In this document: piece after piece, positions 13,359 through 24,946 of the stretch | Layout of the letters: each line of letters begins with the position of its first letter | Numbering within the stretch: the first letter of the stretch is position 1 | Source of the DNA: Cycas panzhihuaensis | Lineage: Eukaryota > Plantae > Cycadophyta | DNA length: 64,000 nt | Assembly (NCBI GenBank): GCA_023213395.1 | Contig: CM041465.1 | Span: 211,613,741-211,677,740 of the forward strand | Direction of reading: 5' to 3' | Position numbers and translations under genes: made by a program | The notes under the pieces: model-generated | Seen by the model: only the letters and a program-made list of their open reading frames with translations | Database searches by the model: none | Told to the model about the DNA's origin: nothing

Positions 13359-16342
13359 TTTTTCCCAGCTATCGGGAATAGGTATGGACAAATTGACTCA
13401 GGTAAGCATAGGTATGCTTCTCTCTCCTATATTGGCTACTTAATAGATCGTAGATTGAGGCATTGGTTAGATTGCATGATTGATTGGCTCATATTTACGA
13501 TTGATTATGCATTTCTACTTGAGCATCTCACATGTCCCTAACTTATGACGATCCGTGGGACTGGCCTCTCCGTGAGGCAGGCATCCCCATGGCACTCTAC
13601 AACCCTTTGTGTCACCTCCACATAGCCTCAAACTACAACCAACCCATGTGATCCGTTCACATCTTTGTCACAAGTATTTTATGCCATTTCATAGTATTTC
13701 TAGGAATCCCACCTCTTGATGTCCTACTCGATCTAGCCAACATACTTACTTGGACTGTCCCCAACCACCTCGATAGGGGGGCCAGCCCCTCCTAGACCTA
13801 GAACATTTTCATTTAGGCTCCCAGAACCCTTGCCATTACTTTTATGGAACTTTGGTCTCACATTGCTATAAACTTAGTGGTACTACGAAGTTTACCGCGG
13901 TGCGACTGTTTCACACTATTTTTTTAATCCACCGTGGTAATTCTCACCATTTTTGTGGAACTGCCATGTGAATTAGTCACCAAATCAGCCCCAACCTAAC
14001 CCTAATCACTTGATTAGGGTTAGGGTAGGTATAAATCCCAAAAACTACTTCATTTTATATCTCTAACAACTCTCTTCAACAACTTCCTCCTCTCTTCTCC
14101 ATAGGAACTCTCTATAGAATGCCAGTCATACCTGAGTATCTACTGCTCTAGCCTGATATTCACTTGTTACAACACTCTTCTATGGTAGCAAGCTCCTCCA
14201 TCAGTGCCTCCAATCATTGGCCCACACCGAGGTGTGGCCTCCATGCTCCTTTCTTAGCCTTCAGCAAGCGTACTTCTCCTGCAACTCAAGGAAAGCACAT
14301 GGCTCCTCCAACCGCCACTTTTCTGCCTATAGGGGACACACTCCTTACTGACCTAGCAGGTACCCCACACCTTTTTGCTACTTTCTACTTTGAGTTTTCT
14401 TTACAAACATAAGACCTTATCCATACAAATCAATTTCTTTATGTTGTGCTACATGAAAGAGCCACTGTTTCTATTTTTTGTCTCTTATATCTCAGTTATC
14501 TCTCAACCTCCCCTAGTTTTCTCCAAGAAGGTTGCAGGAGAGGGTCCATAAGGTGTGAGTAGAAGGATACGAGGCAGGATCTATACCCACTAAGCCTGCT
14601 CCTCAAGGCAACCCCCTGCTCCTCCTTCCTCTCCTTCATTTGTGCCTTCCTTGGGCCATCTGAGAGCCTTTGAGATTGAGTATGCCCTAAGTTTCAGCGT
14701 ATGCAGCACTTGTTGCACTGATCTCAGGCCTTTACATCCTCCTTTCGGGCCTCTCCTTTAGCCCTTAATAGTGCCCAGTGCTCTTCTTTGGCTTTGATGT
14801 AGCTTGCGTTGCGATTTGGTACATATAGCATTCCTGCAACGTGGGTGACTTCTGTAATTCTTACCACGTTTATTTCCCTTTTTATATCTTGCTTATAGGT
14901 TGTTATGATATGGCGTTCCTTACATCTTGGGGTAGTGTAGAGGTGCGTTGGTAGGAGGGTTAGCCATTCTGAGGCTAAGCTCCTTTTTGCTTGACATGTG
15001 ATAATGTTTTCTTTTGGGCTTGGAAGAGTTGTTCTTTGTGGTGGATTAACTAACATAACGTATTGTATTTTAGTGCTTGTTTTCATATTGTTGTACATAT
15101 ATCTATCTTGCTCCTTGGCAGCCCCTCTTAGGAGGGTGAAGATCTTTGTGGCTGCAGGTTATATGGCAATATTTATGAGGAGAAGGAAACACCTCAATTT
15201 GAGTAAACCCTTACCCTCTTCCTTTTCTTTATCGCTCTTCCACTTTCTTGCATAATCATTTGCTCTCTTTTCTTTCCCATTTGGTTTCTTTCTTTGTACG
15301 GGGAAGGTAAGGAAGGCCCAAGGGGAAGGTAAGGGAGCCCCCACTTCATCTCCACCTCACCAACGGCTATATATCGAGCAAGGACAGGAAGACATAAGTG
15401 TTGCATGAGCACAAGTTCTCTTCCGGTTGCGCAACATTCCAGGTATGCATCATACCCTTTTACCTAGCTCTTCCCTCTCTTATTGCCATTAAGTATGTAT
15501 GCTTACATGACAAACAACATAAAAGAAAAAGATAATAATTTGTTTGCTCACGTTCATCTTGCAACCGTACATTGCATAAGTGCTTTCTTAGGAAAGGTGC
15601 ATCTTAGGGATTACATTCCCCCCTTTCCTCTTCTCACCGAATCATAAATATCCCTTAGTGGCACATCATCACCTTAACATGAATGCTTGTATGTGTATGA
15701 AATGTTTCCTTTCCTTAAGCTTTCATTGCTAAAAAGAGAAAGAGAGAAAAGGAGAGTAGTTTGTGTCTTTTTCTTTCTTTGAAAGCACACATGAAATCAC
15801 TTTTTTCTACTACTACCTCTACACTTCACATCCTCAACTGACACACACGCAACCTTCTTCGCCCTTGCCAAGGTTTGTGCCCTTTTTTTCTTGCATCATG
15901 GAAAAGGTTCCCCTTTTGCCGCCTCCCTTCTCTTCCTTTAGGCTTGCCCTAGCTTTGTTGACCTAGGGTGTCCTACTTGCACCCATTGCACATTCTTTTG
16001 CCATCCATCCGTGCTTGTTGCACTTGTGTCATGTTCCTTGTTCATAAGGAACGTCCTCCTTTATAGGTCTCCCTTCTTCCTTCCAGCCATCCAAGGGTGG
16101 GGGGACCTCACCTCCTGGGGCTATCCAAGATACCTCACTTGTATCTTGCCCACTGAACCAAAGAGATAAGCTACTTTGAGGAAGTCGTGTGCTATGTGTG
16201 GGTCTCGAACCTGCGTTCCAATGCATGGACACCATGTGTGGTGTTTTCTTCCTCTTATAGGATCATACTTATATTTTGGATTTTGTCGTCGACTATCCTA
16301 ACCCCTACTGAGTGTAGTTACCATCCCGTAGATGTGATTCCA
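13359..16342 (+). repeat. 5' LTR (2984 bp)
   Basis: Starts t(g>t)tttcccagct, ends gatgtgattcca; about 15 mismatches in the first 150 bp against the 3' LTR, mostly transitions. Confidence 0.95.
13995..14036 (+). promoter_or_regulatory. LTR promoter: telomere-like inverted repeat plus TATA box (copy at 25584-25625)
   Basis: cctaaccctaatca-ct-tgattagggttagg directly followed by gtagg-tataaat. Confidence 0.65.
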
Positions 16343-16453
16343 CTAGTGACCATACTAGGGACCCACTAGTAAGGGATTAGTCTTCTTCCCTTTCTTATTT
16401 GTGCTACTACCTCTTAGTAGTCCTTTTCCTTTGGTTTCATTGGGCAGCCCCCA

Positions 16454-19150
16454 ATGCCTACACTACTTTCGTTCCTCTTGCTCTTCTAACGCGTTGGTAA
16501 GTCTTGTATACGACATTTCTCACGTTGCCTATGAGGTCTTCCCCCATTGTTAGAAGATCCCACATACCATCTACTTTCATCATCAGATTCTGATTAGACA
16601 ATGGAAGGATATCCTTTAGATTGGGCATACCATGCTTTCGCTTCCAGAGCCCATGACTTTCCTACCTCTTTCCCAGGGTCCACCCAAGAGGGTGACAACC
16701 TTATCTATTATCTAGGTGATCAACAACACCCATATGATGTCCATCCCTCCACTCATAGAGCGAAAGTCCCATCTTCTCTTGAGTTCTACCACCTAGGTGG
16801 GGATTCTTACGAGGAGCATCCTGGGGGGTCTACTTTGTTAGAGGTTTCATCCACTTCTTGTGATCAAGTGGATACCCCTCCCACTGATGTGGTTGAAGCT
16901 CTCAATGCGTGCTTCCACACCGCTCGCCTTCAACCACATCCTAAATGGTTTAAAGATGCCTTGCGTGGTGGCGCGCCTTCTTCATCCACATCTACCCCAC
17001 CTACAACAAGCAACCCATTTGTCCCATCGCATCTATCCCGTCTGATTCTCTACTTCCCTTTGTGGTTCCAACCCCTTTAGAACCACTCGAGGTATGTCTT
17101 TCTCCCAACTTGGGGTTAGCATGCCTCTCCCTAGCCAAACAAATATGCCACCTCTAAATGTGGCACATACATTTCCTATTAGACCTAGGGGACCTATTTA
17201 TGCCCCTACTTCTAGTCATGTGGGGCCCGTCTTTACATGCCTTCAAACTCAGTTTAGCGGGTCTTCCCTTTACGTACCTCCAAGATATACATCTTAGCCA
17301 TGGGGGCATGGTAAAGGGAACCACCTTCCTGTTTATGGGGTGGACACTTTACACCCACATGGGGACGTACCACCTACAGGCGGCCCATATGGGTAAAATC
17401 TGGTCCCTCACCCCTTGTTTCCACCATCTTGCATAGCACCTTACGTCGCACCTTCGTAAGGAGGCCTAGCTCCTTTTCAAGGTGCCTTCCCTCAAGTCCC
17501 TTTACAACAAGGGGCATTTTCTCAAGGAGGGATGGGTCCTCTACCCCCACCTGCTCCTTGCTCATTACCTTCCTCATCTTTTGCTGATCCTATGATCCAA
17601 GCAAAGGCATGTCCCTTTATGGATTATAGATTGAAACCCTTATCCATTGAGCCACTAAGGACCAACTTACCACCTCATCCCCTCGAAGTTCCCAAATTTG
17701 ATGGGACTTCATCGCAGGATCCAGCAAAGCATGTTCATAATTTCTCTATGGCAAGTATAGACTACTAGGCCTATGATAATATCCTAATGAAATTGTTTCC
17801 ACGATTCCTTCAAGGCGATACCCTCAAGTGGTTTTATCACCTACCTGCACATTCCATTCATTCGTTTCAACAGCTCGTCGATGAGTTTGTCAACTATTTT
17901 GATGTGGCTCGTCCATTTAAGAGTGGAATGAAATCCCTCATGTCACTTAAACAAGGCCGCAATAAGATGAATCGTGACTTTGTGTAGTGATTCCATGAAG
18001 GCTACTTTGCCTGAGGAGTTGAAGAGAGACCTTTTCATCAATGCCCTTCATCGAGAAGTTCATGTGGAAGTCCTTAAGATCGGGGCAACTACATGTGACT
18101 CTACTATAGCGAAGTGCTTGGCACTCAAGGCTATTGAGATCCAGGCTAGACTCAAGAAGCCTCTAAAGTCCTCACAATGATGTGAGGTACCTCCACCAAC
18201 TAAAGAAACTAAAACTCAACAACCTACTAGGTCTTCCTCCCACTCAACCGAGAAGATCTTAGACCCCCTTACCTCGGCCATATGTTCATTTGAGCGTACG
18301 ATGAAAGAACTCAAGCTTCAAGCTCCTTCTTCAGCCACATCTAGCAAACTTGTTCACCAGGACTTGCAAGCTACTCCTTCTAGGGGCAGTAGCACCCAGT
18401 CCTCTCAAGTGATGAAATCTAATCCTCCCCTTGAGAAGAAGTGGTACTCTATCCATAGAGAATGCTTCCAAGATGATTCGCGTTACTGGGTTCAACATCC
18501 TAGGGATGCCCCTCAACGTGACTCCTCTCCCAAATGAGCCTCAAGGCCTAATCTAGACCAACCGATCCATAGAGATTCCTTTCCCAAACATGGGGAGCAT
18601 GATCGTAACCCTCAATAGAAGAATAACTAGAATTGAGGAAGGTCTCATAATCCTTGTTCTTCTCAAGCCAAAGGGAAGGGTGATAGGAATTCATCCTCTT
18701 CCTCAGGTTCTCCTAGTCGAAACACCCCATCACCTTTGTGATCCTGGAATAAGGGAAAGAAGGTTATTCAATTGCTTGAGACCACCTCATTATATGCCTT
18801 AACTCGGTCTCAAGCCGCTAAAGAGGCCACTCGTGCCTCCTCATCCATATCCCATCCTAACCCTCTTCTGGAAACTTCTCTTCTGGAAACCCCTACGCTT
18901 CGCAAGACTGTCCCTGTGTGTCCTGGCTATTATGATTTTCAAAGGGCACTTCCCCAACCTACTACGAAGGGGAAGGCCTTTTCTATCATTGATGAGCTCT
19001 ACACCATCGTTGCGGGGATGTCCTTGATGGATGTCTTGAGAAGCTATCCTGAGCAACGTGCTCTTCTTCTTGAAGCTCTTGGCCAACAAGATGTTTCCAC
19101 CCATGTAGTAGGCACGACCTCCCATGGACCACCTGTCATCTCATTTGATC
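16454..19150 (+). pseudogene. gag of the Tat-like element (Pro/Ser-rich N-terminus, retrotrans_gag core)
   Basis: EVPKFDGTSSQDPAKHVHNF; MKLFPRFLQGDTLKWFYHLPAHSIHSFQQLVDEF; FSIIDEL..MSLMDVL; stops and frameshifts; start approximate. Confidence 0.85.
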
Positions 19151-19188
19151 CTTAAGATCTCCCATCTCCTAGTGAATAGGAGAAGCTT

Positions 19189-19560
19189 TTGCATTACCCA
19201 TTTGTCATTACCGTAGACACTCCTAATTTTATCATAAAGATGGCCATTCTAGATAATGGCTCCTTAGTTAATGCTATGCCTGCACGTATGCTTAAAGAGC
19301 TAGGCATAGCAGCTCTTGAGTCTATTCCTTGGAAATGCCAAGGTTATGATAGGACTGAGAAGTCCCCCTTAGGGACAGTCTCTCTTTCCCTCATATTAGG
19401 AGGGAAGACCATTTTTGTTGAAGTTGTTGTACTCGATATCGATGTGGAGTACAACCTCTTATTGGGTCGACCGTGGCTTGACCAAATGAGAGCAATCTGC
19501 TCCCCACATTAGGGGTAACTTAAATTTATCCATGAAGGATGAGTTAAGGTTATCGCTCAT
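19189..19560 (+). pseudogene. Retrotransposon aspartic protease
   Basis: AILDNGSLVNAMP ... YNLLLGRPWL. Confidence 0.92.
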
Positions 19561-20899
19561 GAGCTTATGCCATCTCACACTTCTCATCTAGCCTACCAGG
19601 CTATCTTCGATGATGAAGATAATGATCCTGAGGAGGCTATCCCTTCTGTGGGGCCTCTGTTTTAAGAGACTGGCCTTCATTAGTTAGAACCTATGCCTTG
19701 TCATGAGCCAAACCTAGTTAGGTTTACTCCTATTGGTGTAGGTAGTTGCAGTTACTTAGTCATCATGGGTTATTCTCAGTCAGATAGAAAACGTTATGAG
19801 CCCTCTTCTCGGCGTATCACCCTAGTTTCATGAGCACCTAGGGGGATATCTTGATTAGATATTCTTGATCTTCTTCATTCTACATTGGCTCCCAAGCTGC
19901 TGGTTCTGAACCAGCCACTTCTTTCACCTTCTTGCCCTCCCCGAGCAACTTCACACATGCATCTACGTCGACAAGCCACTTGTAGAGGTGTTTCTTCTTC
20001 ATGCTCTAGATCCTCATACAGGACTAGAGCCACTCCTATTTAGACAAACCTTGCCACATGATCCATCACGTGTCAGGTCTGTCACACTCATCTAGTTCTG
20101 ACCAAAACCATTTTGCTTATGGGCCTAGCCACACAAGGCCTACCCTTCATCACCTATCTCCAATTTTACATGTGACTACCCCTACCCCTGCATGGGCTAA
20201 GCACACCTCTCTCCCTCTTTATACTCTGAAATGATCCTAAACTACCATCCTAAGCATGTCTCCATTCCTCCTAGTCCCAGGTGTGATGGTGGCTTGGGGT
20301 GGCCTTCTTTTTCCTTTTGGGTTCCTCCTGCAAAACCCCTTGTCCTCCTACTGCTGGGGACCTCATCCTCCTATTTGGGTACATTCCCCAATTAGGACGA
20401 CATGCTGGAGTGTTATCACTCCCTTATTATTAGCACTTCCTTTGCATATTCTACTATGCTCCTATGTGGACATGTGTGCTTCCCTATCTCATGTCCTCAC
20501 ATACATCTATTGCTACTGCTCATGGTGATCATGTGTGCCTCTGATAGGAATATGGCCCTACATGAAAGGAAGTGTGTATAACTCAAACAAATATCATAGC
20601 ACAGAATCATACAACAATTAATCAAAAACATCATAACATATCCCTCCTCGTGCATCTGTGTACCCTCATACATATACATACATACACATACAAGCAAAAG
20701 CAAATATACACCATCCATCATGTATCATATACACATCATCATATGTCAAATGAGGTATGAATGGCCCCATCTATTTACATAAATAATCATCATGTGTCAT
20801 ATCATACAAATGGTATGGTACATCATCCGTGGGAAGCTAGAATCCTTGCAGGGAGGAGTATAATCATGTGGCAACATATGGTGACTCCCTGGAGGTCTA

Positions 20900-22869
20900 T
20901 GCTTTTCCCTCGTCAAATCAAAACTACTATATCCTACTACTACTACCCCTCTCCTAGGGTAGAAGTCTCTTGGCCTATGTGATCCCTCTCCTAAGGACCA
21001 CATGCCTCCCAAACTCCTCCTTAGTCTTTGAGAGTTCCCTGCCTCACTCCCCTAATCACGTGGCCTCCTCGGGGTCATCATCGTTGTGTGGGTATGCGTC
21101 CTAGTCCGTGATGACCTCGATGCCACCTGGTCTACCAGCTAATTGTATCATGCCTAGATACGATCCCTCTCAATCTCCACACTCTGGAGTCTCTCCTCCA
21201 TGCTCCAGAACCTCTCCTCCATCCCTCGAAGATGCTCCTCCAGTACTGTCATCCTAATCTGACTCTCTACATCTCTACATGCACCTCCCTATGCCTCCAA
21301 CACTTGTACTCGACCTCGTAGAGCATCTCTCTTTACCCTGGTCTCCTCTAACTTGCCTTGTAGCCATCTTGCATGCACCTCATACTCTTGGGACTCGGTT
21401 ATCCATATATCCCTTGCCCTAACCAATGGGGAAAATACCGTTGTATGGGCTCCTGCTGATCTGGGCTCCTATCCTATCTCAATGGGAGGCTGCCCCTCTA
21501 CGTAGGCCCGAGAGAACATTTCTCAAACTATGACCTCTACTAATCTTTGGATCTCACCTACACCTATAAAGTCCAATATGTCATGTGTCAGTACATGGAA
21601 CTATATGAAACTAAAGTCAACCAAAACCAAAACTAAGCATCTGGCTATCAAAAGGATGATAGGAAAAGGTAGCATCTCACCTGCAGGGCCGCTGACTCCT
21701 GGACTCTGATGACAACCTCCTCCTTAAGTGCTCCACCAGCTGTTAGTACCTCCTCCTCCTCTAGTACCACCTCGGTGACTGCCTCAGCTACTGGGACATC
21801 TCTCCTCTCCTCTGCTAGTGTAACTGTCATCCCTAACCTGCTCACAATCCTCAGCCTCCTGGCTCATGTCAATGGGCCTCCCACCTACTCTGCAGCTCCA
21901 AATGGGCCAGACTCTACTCCCGTGGCTCTAGATGGTCCTGCCTCTCTTCCTATAGCTCTAGATGGGCCAGCCCCGTTGCCACCATCACCTCCATTACCAT
22001 CGTTACCAGGAGCCACTCTAGCTCCTCTTGTCTCGTCATCATTATCCCACCTCACCTATCTATATGGATCGATTATGTGGTCTGCCATGGTGAGGAGGTC
22101 TAGTGACGTAGCCTCCACTGAGTGCCTGATATGTGCCTAGTCCTCGATCCCCCTAAAATGAGTCTGCCACCTATGGACCATGGGAGTCCACTCTAACATG
22201 GGGTGTGGTCCTCCTATGGGTGCCACCACTCTGAAGTGGTAAAAAAACCAACACTATAATAGTGTTCTATATGATAAACCACCTCTCCACGCCACCCTAA
22301 TAGCGTTTAGCTGGGTGACTAGGTTCACTGCTATCAAGGTAGCCCATTCGAGCCTCTCTGTGGCCTCGCATCTCCGTACAACATCCATCCACCTACCAGG
22401 AATGTCCCTATAGTTTTGTTTCTAGGATATTTGGAAAGAATGCACAACATGATCAGGTTCATCTCTCGAGGAACTCCAGACATAACCATATGCTATAGAG
22501 GTATCCCTCGCCTCTCCCACCTGTCATGTCTGGTGAAAAAAGTAGCCGCCTCCCTGTGTGCTACCTCATTGTTAGGTAGCACCCCTAGTGATGCTGGTCG
22601 GCAAGTTGCTAGTACTCCTAGAATCCTTCGTATGTCTCCAGGTGTCACCATGACATCCCCTACTTAGGGGAGGTGGAACACATGCCTCTGCCTGTCCCAA
22701 TGTGATATTATATTGACAAAAGTCATTGATCTGACATGTATTATGGCATTTGTATGACCTTTAACAGACCACACTATGTTAAAACCTGCCTATCCCCTTG
22801 GGACATCATCTCTATGAAGCTCAACATGGCAATCCTTATGTTTTCATAGTTCTCCGTTGTGATAATCGC
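20900..22869 (-). pseudogene. Antisense plant mobile domain (PMD, aminotransferase-like/MAIN family) gene with a low-complexity linker and coiled-coil tail
   Basis: Minus strand ISHWDRQRHVFHLP*VGDVMVTPGDIRRILGV (~22710-22610) matches the PMD motif ERW..ETHTFHLP.GEMTITLEDV..ILGL; WATLIA and WFFYHF-like segments follow; then GPSRA repeats, an E-rich stretch and a coiled coil (LEEHLRGMEERFWSMEERL); candidate intron 21564-21680. Confidence 0.8.
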
Positions 22870-23353
22870 CTGCAAATACCAAAAAAAATTGTTAGAACCT
22901 ACCTAAAGCCTCCCTATTGGCCCTTAGGACTACCTCGTCCCCCTCTTGGACTGGGATTTGGCTCTCCTTTGGGCCACATTTTATTTTTCTACCAGTCTGG
23001 CTCCACACCACGCTAAACTTCATGGTACCGTAAAGTTTAGCTAGGGTCCCAAGGCAATTGGGGCCCCGCGACAAAGACCACGGCACTGTAATCTTTGCCA
23101 CGGTGCGAACATCACCACCCTAAAAGGGGGGGATTTCCTACCCAAAAAACCAAAATTGTTCCTTGAGCGAGCCATACTCAGGCTCACTAGGACTAGGACT
23201 ACCTAATGCCTTGGCCGTGCCTCTCTTTGGGTTTAGTTTGGACTCCAGGAGATTACTTTTCTGCCCTTAAGGGGCCTAAAACTACTCCAAAAATCGTTAG
23301 AAAGCAATAAAGTTTAATTCACAAAACAGGTTTGGGTTTGGATGATCCACTCA

Positions 23354-23730
23354 TTAGATCAGGTCTCTCAACCACCATCTCATTGCTCTGGTCCTACTAG
23401 CTATCTCTGCGCCTCGATCCAATGGTTGGATCTCCTCCTGCATCTCTCTGAAGTATGATAGTGCTTCGCTATGTAAGGGAAGGGCTTTGAAATCGTTCAT
23501 GAGCCTATGAAAATAAATTCCATTTTCATCAAGTTTCTTTATATAGGCAGGGGCCTTGAAGGGCTCTTCCTCTATTTCCTTTGCTATGACAGCCCTCAGG
23601 GCCATCCTTCATCTCTAATCATCATTTCCTTCTGGCCTGGGCTCCCATTTCACCCCTACGGCCTCCATTTTGCTCATCTTCACATGCGTATTTATGGTGC
23701 CTATTTGTTCACCTTCATGAGGCCCCTTCT
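23354..23730 (-). pseudogene. Orphan antisense ORF of unknown function
   Basis: The 83-aa ORF extends upstream in frame through only TAG/TGA stops (KGPHEGEQIGTINTHVKMSKMEAVGVKWEPRPEGNDD*R*RMALRAV..). Confidence 0.45.
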
Positions 23731-24106
23731 ATCTCGTTTGGCGTTCCACCTCCGTACATACCTAAGTTTATACTTGTTTGGCTTATTTCACCATCCTCAA
23801 TCCGTTTTTGCCATCCTTTCACACTCCTGGGGTCCCCAAAGGGAGCGTCCCCTCCATTCGGGATTGTGTCTTGCTTTCTTAAGCAACCTTTGGCACCCCA
23901 GGGTGGTCTTTTCATCGCTCGTTCTCACCCAGTGATCAAATAGTCTACTCCCATCCTTGGGTAGCCTCGTTATTGGGTCCTCCTTCCCTTCATGGCCTTT
24001 ATCACTAGCTATTTGAGCCTCTCATAGTTACTCTCTACTTATCGTATCCCCTCGACACCACTGACTTTGTCATATTTTGTTGACTGAGACACCTTCTCTC
24101 TCATCC

Positions 24107-24529
24107 ATGGCGCTTCTTATCTTTATCAATGGTGAAAGCCAAGGCAACCCCAATCCTTCTATTGCCACGTGGATTCTTCGTGACCCCTCCAAACATGATT
24201 TCATACGTTCTGGAATCTTCCTCCTTGAGGCCACCAATAACGAAGCTGAGTACACGGTTGTTATTGAGGCTCTTACTGATGCACTCTATTTCTACCATGG
24301 ACCCATTGTTCTCTTTTGTGACTCTCAGGTTGTGGTGTCCCATTTCACTTAGGTCTACCAAGTGCAATGCCCATGCTTAAGAGCCCTTGCCTCAATTGCC
24401 AGGTCCCTATTGGCTTATTTTTTATCTGTCAATGTCCAGCACATCCCTTAGGCCCTCAATGCTAAGGTAGACAGCCTCGTCTGCCTCATCTTTGAGTGTC
24501 ACCTCTCTCTTCTTGATGACCGCCCCTGA
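24107..24529 (+). pseudogene. Stand-alone archaeal-type RNase HI (aRH) ORF, ~140 codons
   Basis: MALLIFINGESQGNP..ATNNEAEY..LFCDSQVVV..VQHIP*ALNAKVDSL; own ATG and TGA, two internal TAG stops, first catalytic Asp appears as Asn (AAT). Confidence 0.88.
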
Positions 24530-24946
24530 GAGACTTGCCCAGTCACCCTGTTGCCTAAGTCTCAGGCCATCCTGCACCTCACCTTATGATCTGTTTGCAC
24601 CTCTGAAAGTTAGCGCTAATGAGGTTAAACTATGGAAACCATCAGGTTTGCTCGTTTACTCTTGCTCTTGTTATCATAACATCTTCTCTTTGCACTCTCA
24701 AGATAGGGGCACCCCCTCTATCTGTCATAGCTTCTGGTCGATTCCCAAGTGGTGCATAGGTAGCCCCTATGTTGTCTCCACCCATGTTCTCATATCCACG
24801 CGTTCTGCCATGACACTCGTTGGCACCCTTGGCTCTTGTCACTATTATTATTGTTACATATGCATATGATACTAATGGTTTTTGTTATCAGCATTCGCCA
24901 TCAGACCATGCTTCCAAGCAGCGAGGCTCTACTGCCAAGGGGGTAG

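Noticed and set aside
14724-15412. ORFs inside the 3 kb LTR (124 aa and 72 aa minus; the 72-aa ORF recurs at 26793-27011)
   Set aside because: No recognisable domain. Recurrence is expected from ~90% LTR identity, and the 124-aa ORF is not preserved in the 3' LTR.
21709-22140. 143-aa Ser/Pro-rich plus-strand ORF
   Set aside because: Shadow of the minus-strand PMD gene's low-complexity linker
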